Assembly (NCBI GenBank): GCA_905178155.1
Contig: CAJINV010000005.1
Span: 8,344,556 to 8,408,555 of the forward strand
Direction of reading: 5' to 3'
Length of the DNA stretch: 64,000 nucleotides
Origin: Amoebophrya sp. A120
Taxonomy: Eukaryota; Protista; Dinoflagellata
Within the stretch, counting starts at the first letter, position 1, and every line of letters starts with the position of its first letter. The position numbers and the translations under genes are program-made. Shown here one piece after another: positions 62,057 through 64,000 of this stretch. A model generated the notes under the pieces. It was not told the origin of the DNA, made no database searches, and saw nothing but the letters and a program-made list of their open reading frames with translations.

Positions 62057-64000
62057 ATGTGTCAAATCGGTCTCGGAGGGTTAAAATCCCTCTTTCTGCT
62101 CTGCGCGACCGTGACCTGGCTTGCGGGACTCGGGCTCTTCGTGCTATCTCATCTCGCCACCAAGTCCCAGGGCTTAAAACGGGCCGATGACATGGTCTAT
62201 GCATTGCAAGTATGTCTGGGTCTGGAAGGATGCGGGGTTTGTTATGCTTGTCTGGCATGACTGAGGAGTTTGTGATGCGTGTCCGAGAAGAGACCCTTTT
62301 GCTTGTCATGCACAACGCAGCTTGTCATGCGGAAAGCGCAACACGAAGCCGCGCAAATATTTCCCATGCTTGGCTGTGCATCACAGAGAATTCACTCTTC
62401 ACAGCTCAGCATTACAAGTTTCCAGACCGAGACATGTTTGCATTTGATATGGTCAAAGCAGATACGATGGACGGAGACGGAGTTCCGATTTCGTTGCACC
62501 TGTTTTTCCTCTCCTTACTGACTGTCGGGGTTCTGTCCCTCTTTTTCTCCGTGTGCGCGTGTGTATGAAAGTGGAGGGACAACTCCCCTCCTTCTCATTT
62601 GTATGGCATGAACAGCAACACAAGCAACCGCAGATATTTGGCTTCCGCATGACAAATCTGTGCACGCATGGTTGTACTGCTTGAGGTTCCAAAATTTGGC
62701 ATGCAGATAGTGCCTAAAGACAGGATGTAGATTTGGTATTTTGCATTACAAATGAGGGGAAGGGGGAGTTGTGCACTCTCATACTGTACCGGAGTGGCGT
62801 TGAAGAAGCGGACCTTTATTGTCGCGTACGTGTTCGTATGGATTGCAAATATGTCGGCCTCTGGAGAAGTGGAACTTGTCATGCTGCCTCTGGATTCGAA
62901 AAAAATCTGCATTGTATGAGCAGCAGGAGGAGTCTAGTTCTTGCTGCGCGGAGAGGGCATTATTTCTCATGCGGGGTAGGCATCAACAAGCCTTGAAAAA
63001 GTCTGGGATGCTAGGACATGCATCACAGCCGTCATGGGTCATGCAAAACGTGCATGACAAAGTAGCGCACTCTTGCAGACCCAGACATATTTGCAATGTA
63101 TAGTTCGGCTGCATGTTTCTCGGCGTCGCTGCGCTCACAATCACGATGTTGATGGGGGATGTGTACGCGGTGTTGCTCCCCACGATGCGCCGGCAAATCA
63201 CAGAGTTTTGTCTTCCGGATGCGTATGCTACGTTTAGCTACGAGTTGCGGACAAAGGAGCCGCGGGACCTGACGTGTGTGGTAAGTACAGTTGTTTTTTT
63301 GCATGCCTTGATGAGTAGAAGATTCAAGCATGCTAACCTGTACCTGCCTCTTCGAGTGCGATTGCTCTCATGCATGACAAGTGCCTCTACTTTCCCATTC
63401 CCTTTACCCTCCTCAACAATCCCACATCCAGGCCACCGCGACCCGACCAAAGGAGGCCCCGGACGGCGCCGTAATTGCCTTGCGCAGGTCGCTGGAAGGG
63501 GAAACAGATTTGCAGCGTGCATTGATGACAAGCCCACAGCATGACGAGGTACGTGCCCTGTCCACCGCGATTTCATCAGCAGCAGTTCCAGCAAGGAAAA
63601 ATGATGTACAGGAACTACGTCTGGCAGAGGTGGAGCATCAACCACAAAGGACCAAAGCGACCATGTTTCTCCCCCGCATCACCAATTTCGCAAAAACAGT
63701 CGGGCTGTTGAAAGGCGGGGAAAAACTGGAGCTGATCACCGACGCGGAGACCGAGTGGGATGAAGACGAGAAGATGTTGCCGAAAAGAATAGAGGAAATA
63801 TCCAGAAGGGGACACAGTGTAACTACTACGGTCTGGAAAGTTGGAACTTGTGATGCTAACTTTGGACTCGAAAAAAATCTGTATTGCATGACAAGCAAGA
63901 CGAGCCACATTTGTGCTACGCGAGGAGGGCATTTGTCATGCGGAAATGGCATCAGGAAGCTTTCCAAAAATCTGTGATGCTGGGTCATGCATTACAAGCA
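62057..64000 (+). CDS. 3'-truncated multi-pass membrane protein with tetraspanin-like topology; introners at 62198, 62564, 62837 and 63799; GT-AG intron 63281-63431
   Basis: Joined: LKSLFLLCATVTWLAGLGLFV..LTVGVLSLFFSVCACTGVALKKRTFIVAYVFGCMFLGV.. gives three TM segments followed by a large loop. Start codon uncertain. Confidence 0.65.
62198..62449. mobile_element. Introner, family A2 (reverse orientation)
   Basis: TIR; TSD tggtc. Confidence 0.94.
62564..62783. mobile_element. Introner, family D
   Basis: Imperfect TIR; TSD gtgtg/ctgta; frame restored. Confidence 0.88.
62837..63102. mobile_element. Introner, family A
   Basis: TIR; TSD gttcg. Confidence 0.94.
63799..64000. mobile_element. Introner, family A, cut by the window end; left terminus uncertain
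   Basis: The internal sequence from GGTCTGGAA (~63830) is colinear with the element at 13039. Confidence 0.75.

Noticed and set aside
885-64000. Recurrent TCTGGGTCTGGAA / TTCCAGACCCAGA repeats as a CRISPR array
   Set aside because: They are inverted pairs bounding homologous ~260-bp interiors, dispersed within eukaryotic genes. There are no unique spacers and no cas genes.

Overview
Eukaryotic, gene-dense window of roughly 50% GC. All recognisable genes are on the + strand. It most resembles a parasitic syndinian dinoflagellate of the Amoebophrya type; this is inferred from the intron architecture, not from a database hit. The dominant feature is about 47 MITE-like insertions from about 10 terminal-inverted-repeat (TIR) families, nearly all inside coding sequence. 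Nearly all start TAT and end ATA and are flanked by a 5-bp target-site duplication (TSD). Deleting element plus one TSD copy by hand rejoins the flanking reading frames, so they behave as non-canonical introner introns. Most are 149-330 bp, but two are 1.2 and 2.7 kb. After removing them, the window encodes: two members of a repeat-module protein family (one with a visible signal peptide), an MDM2-type RING protein (465 aa), an unknown ~708-aa protein, a giant ~6,283-aa WNK-family kinase (26.7 kb, 18 introns), a Brr6/Brl1 nuclear-envelope protein, a YccF-domain membrane protein, and a truncated tetraspanin-like protein. Intergenic features are a ~100-bp GC/A-tract satellite and a Helitron-like/TIR composite flanked by 48-bp direct repeats. 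No transposase, RNA gene or CRISPR array was seen. Coordinates were counted by hand and may be off by 1-2 nt.
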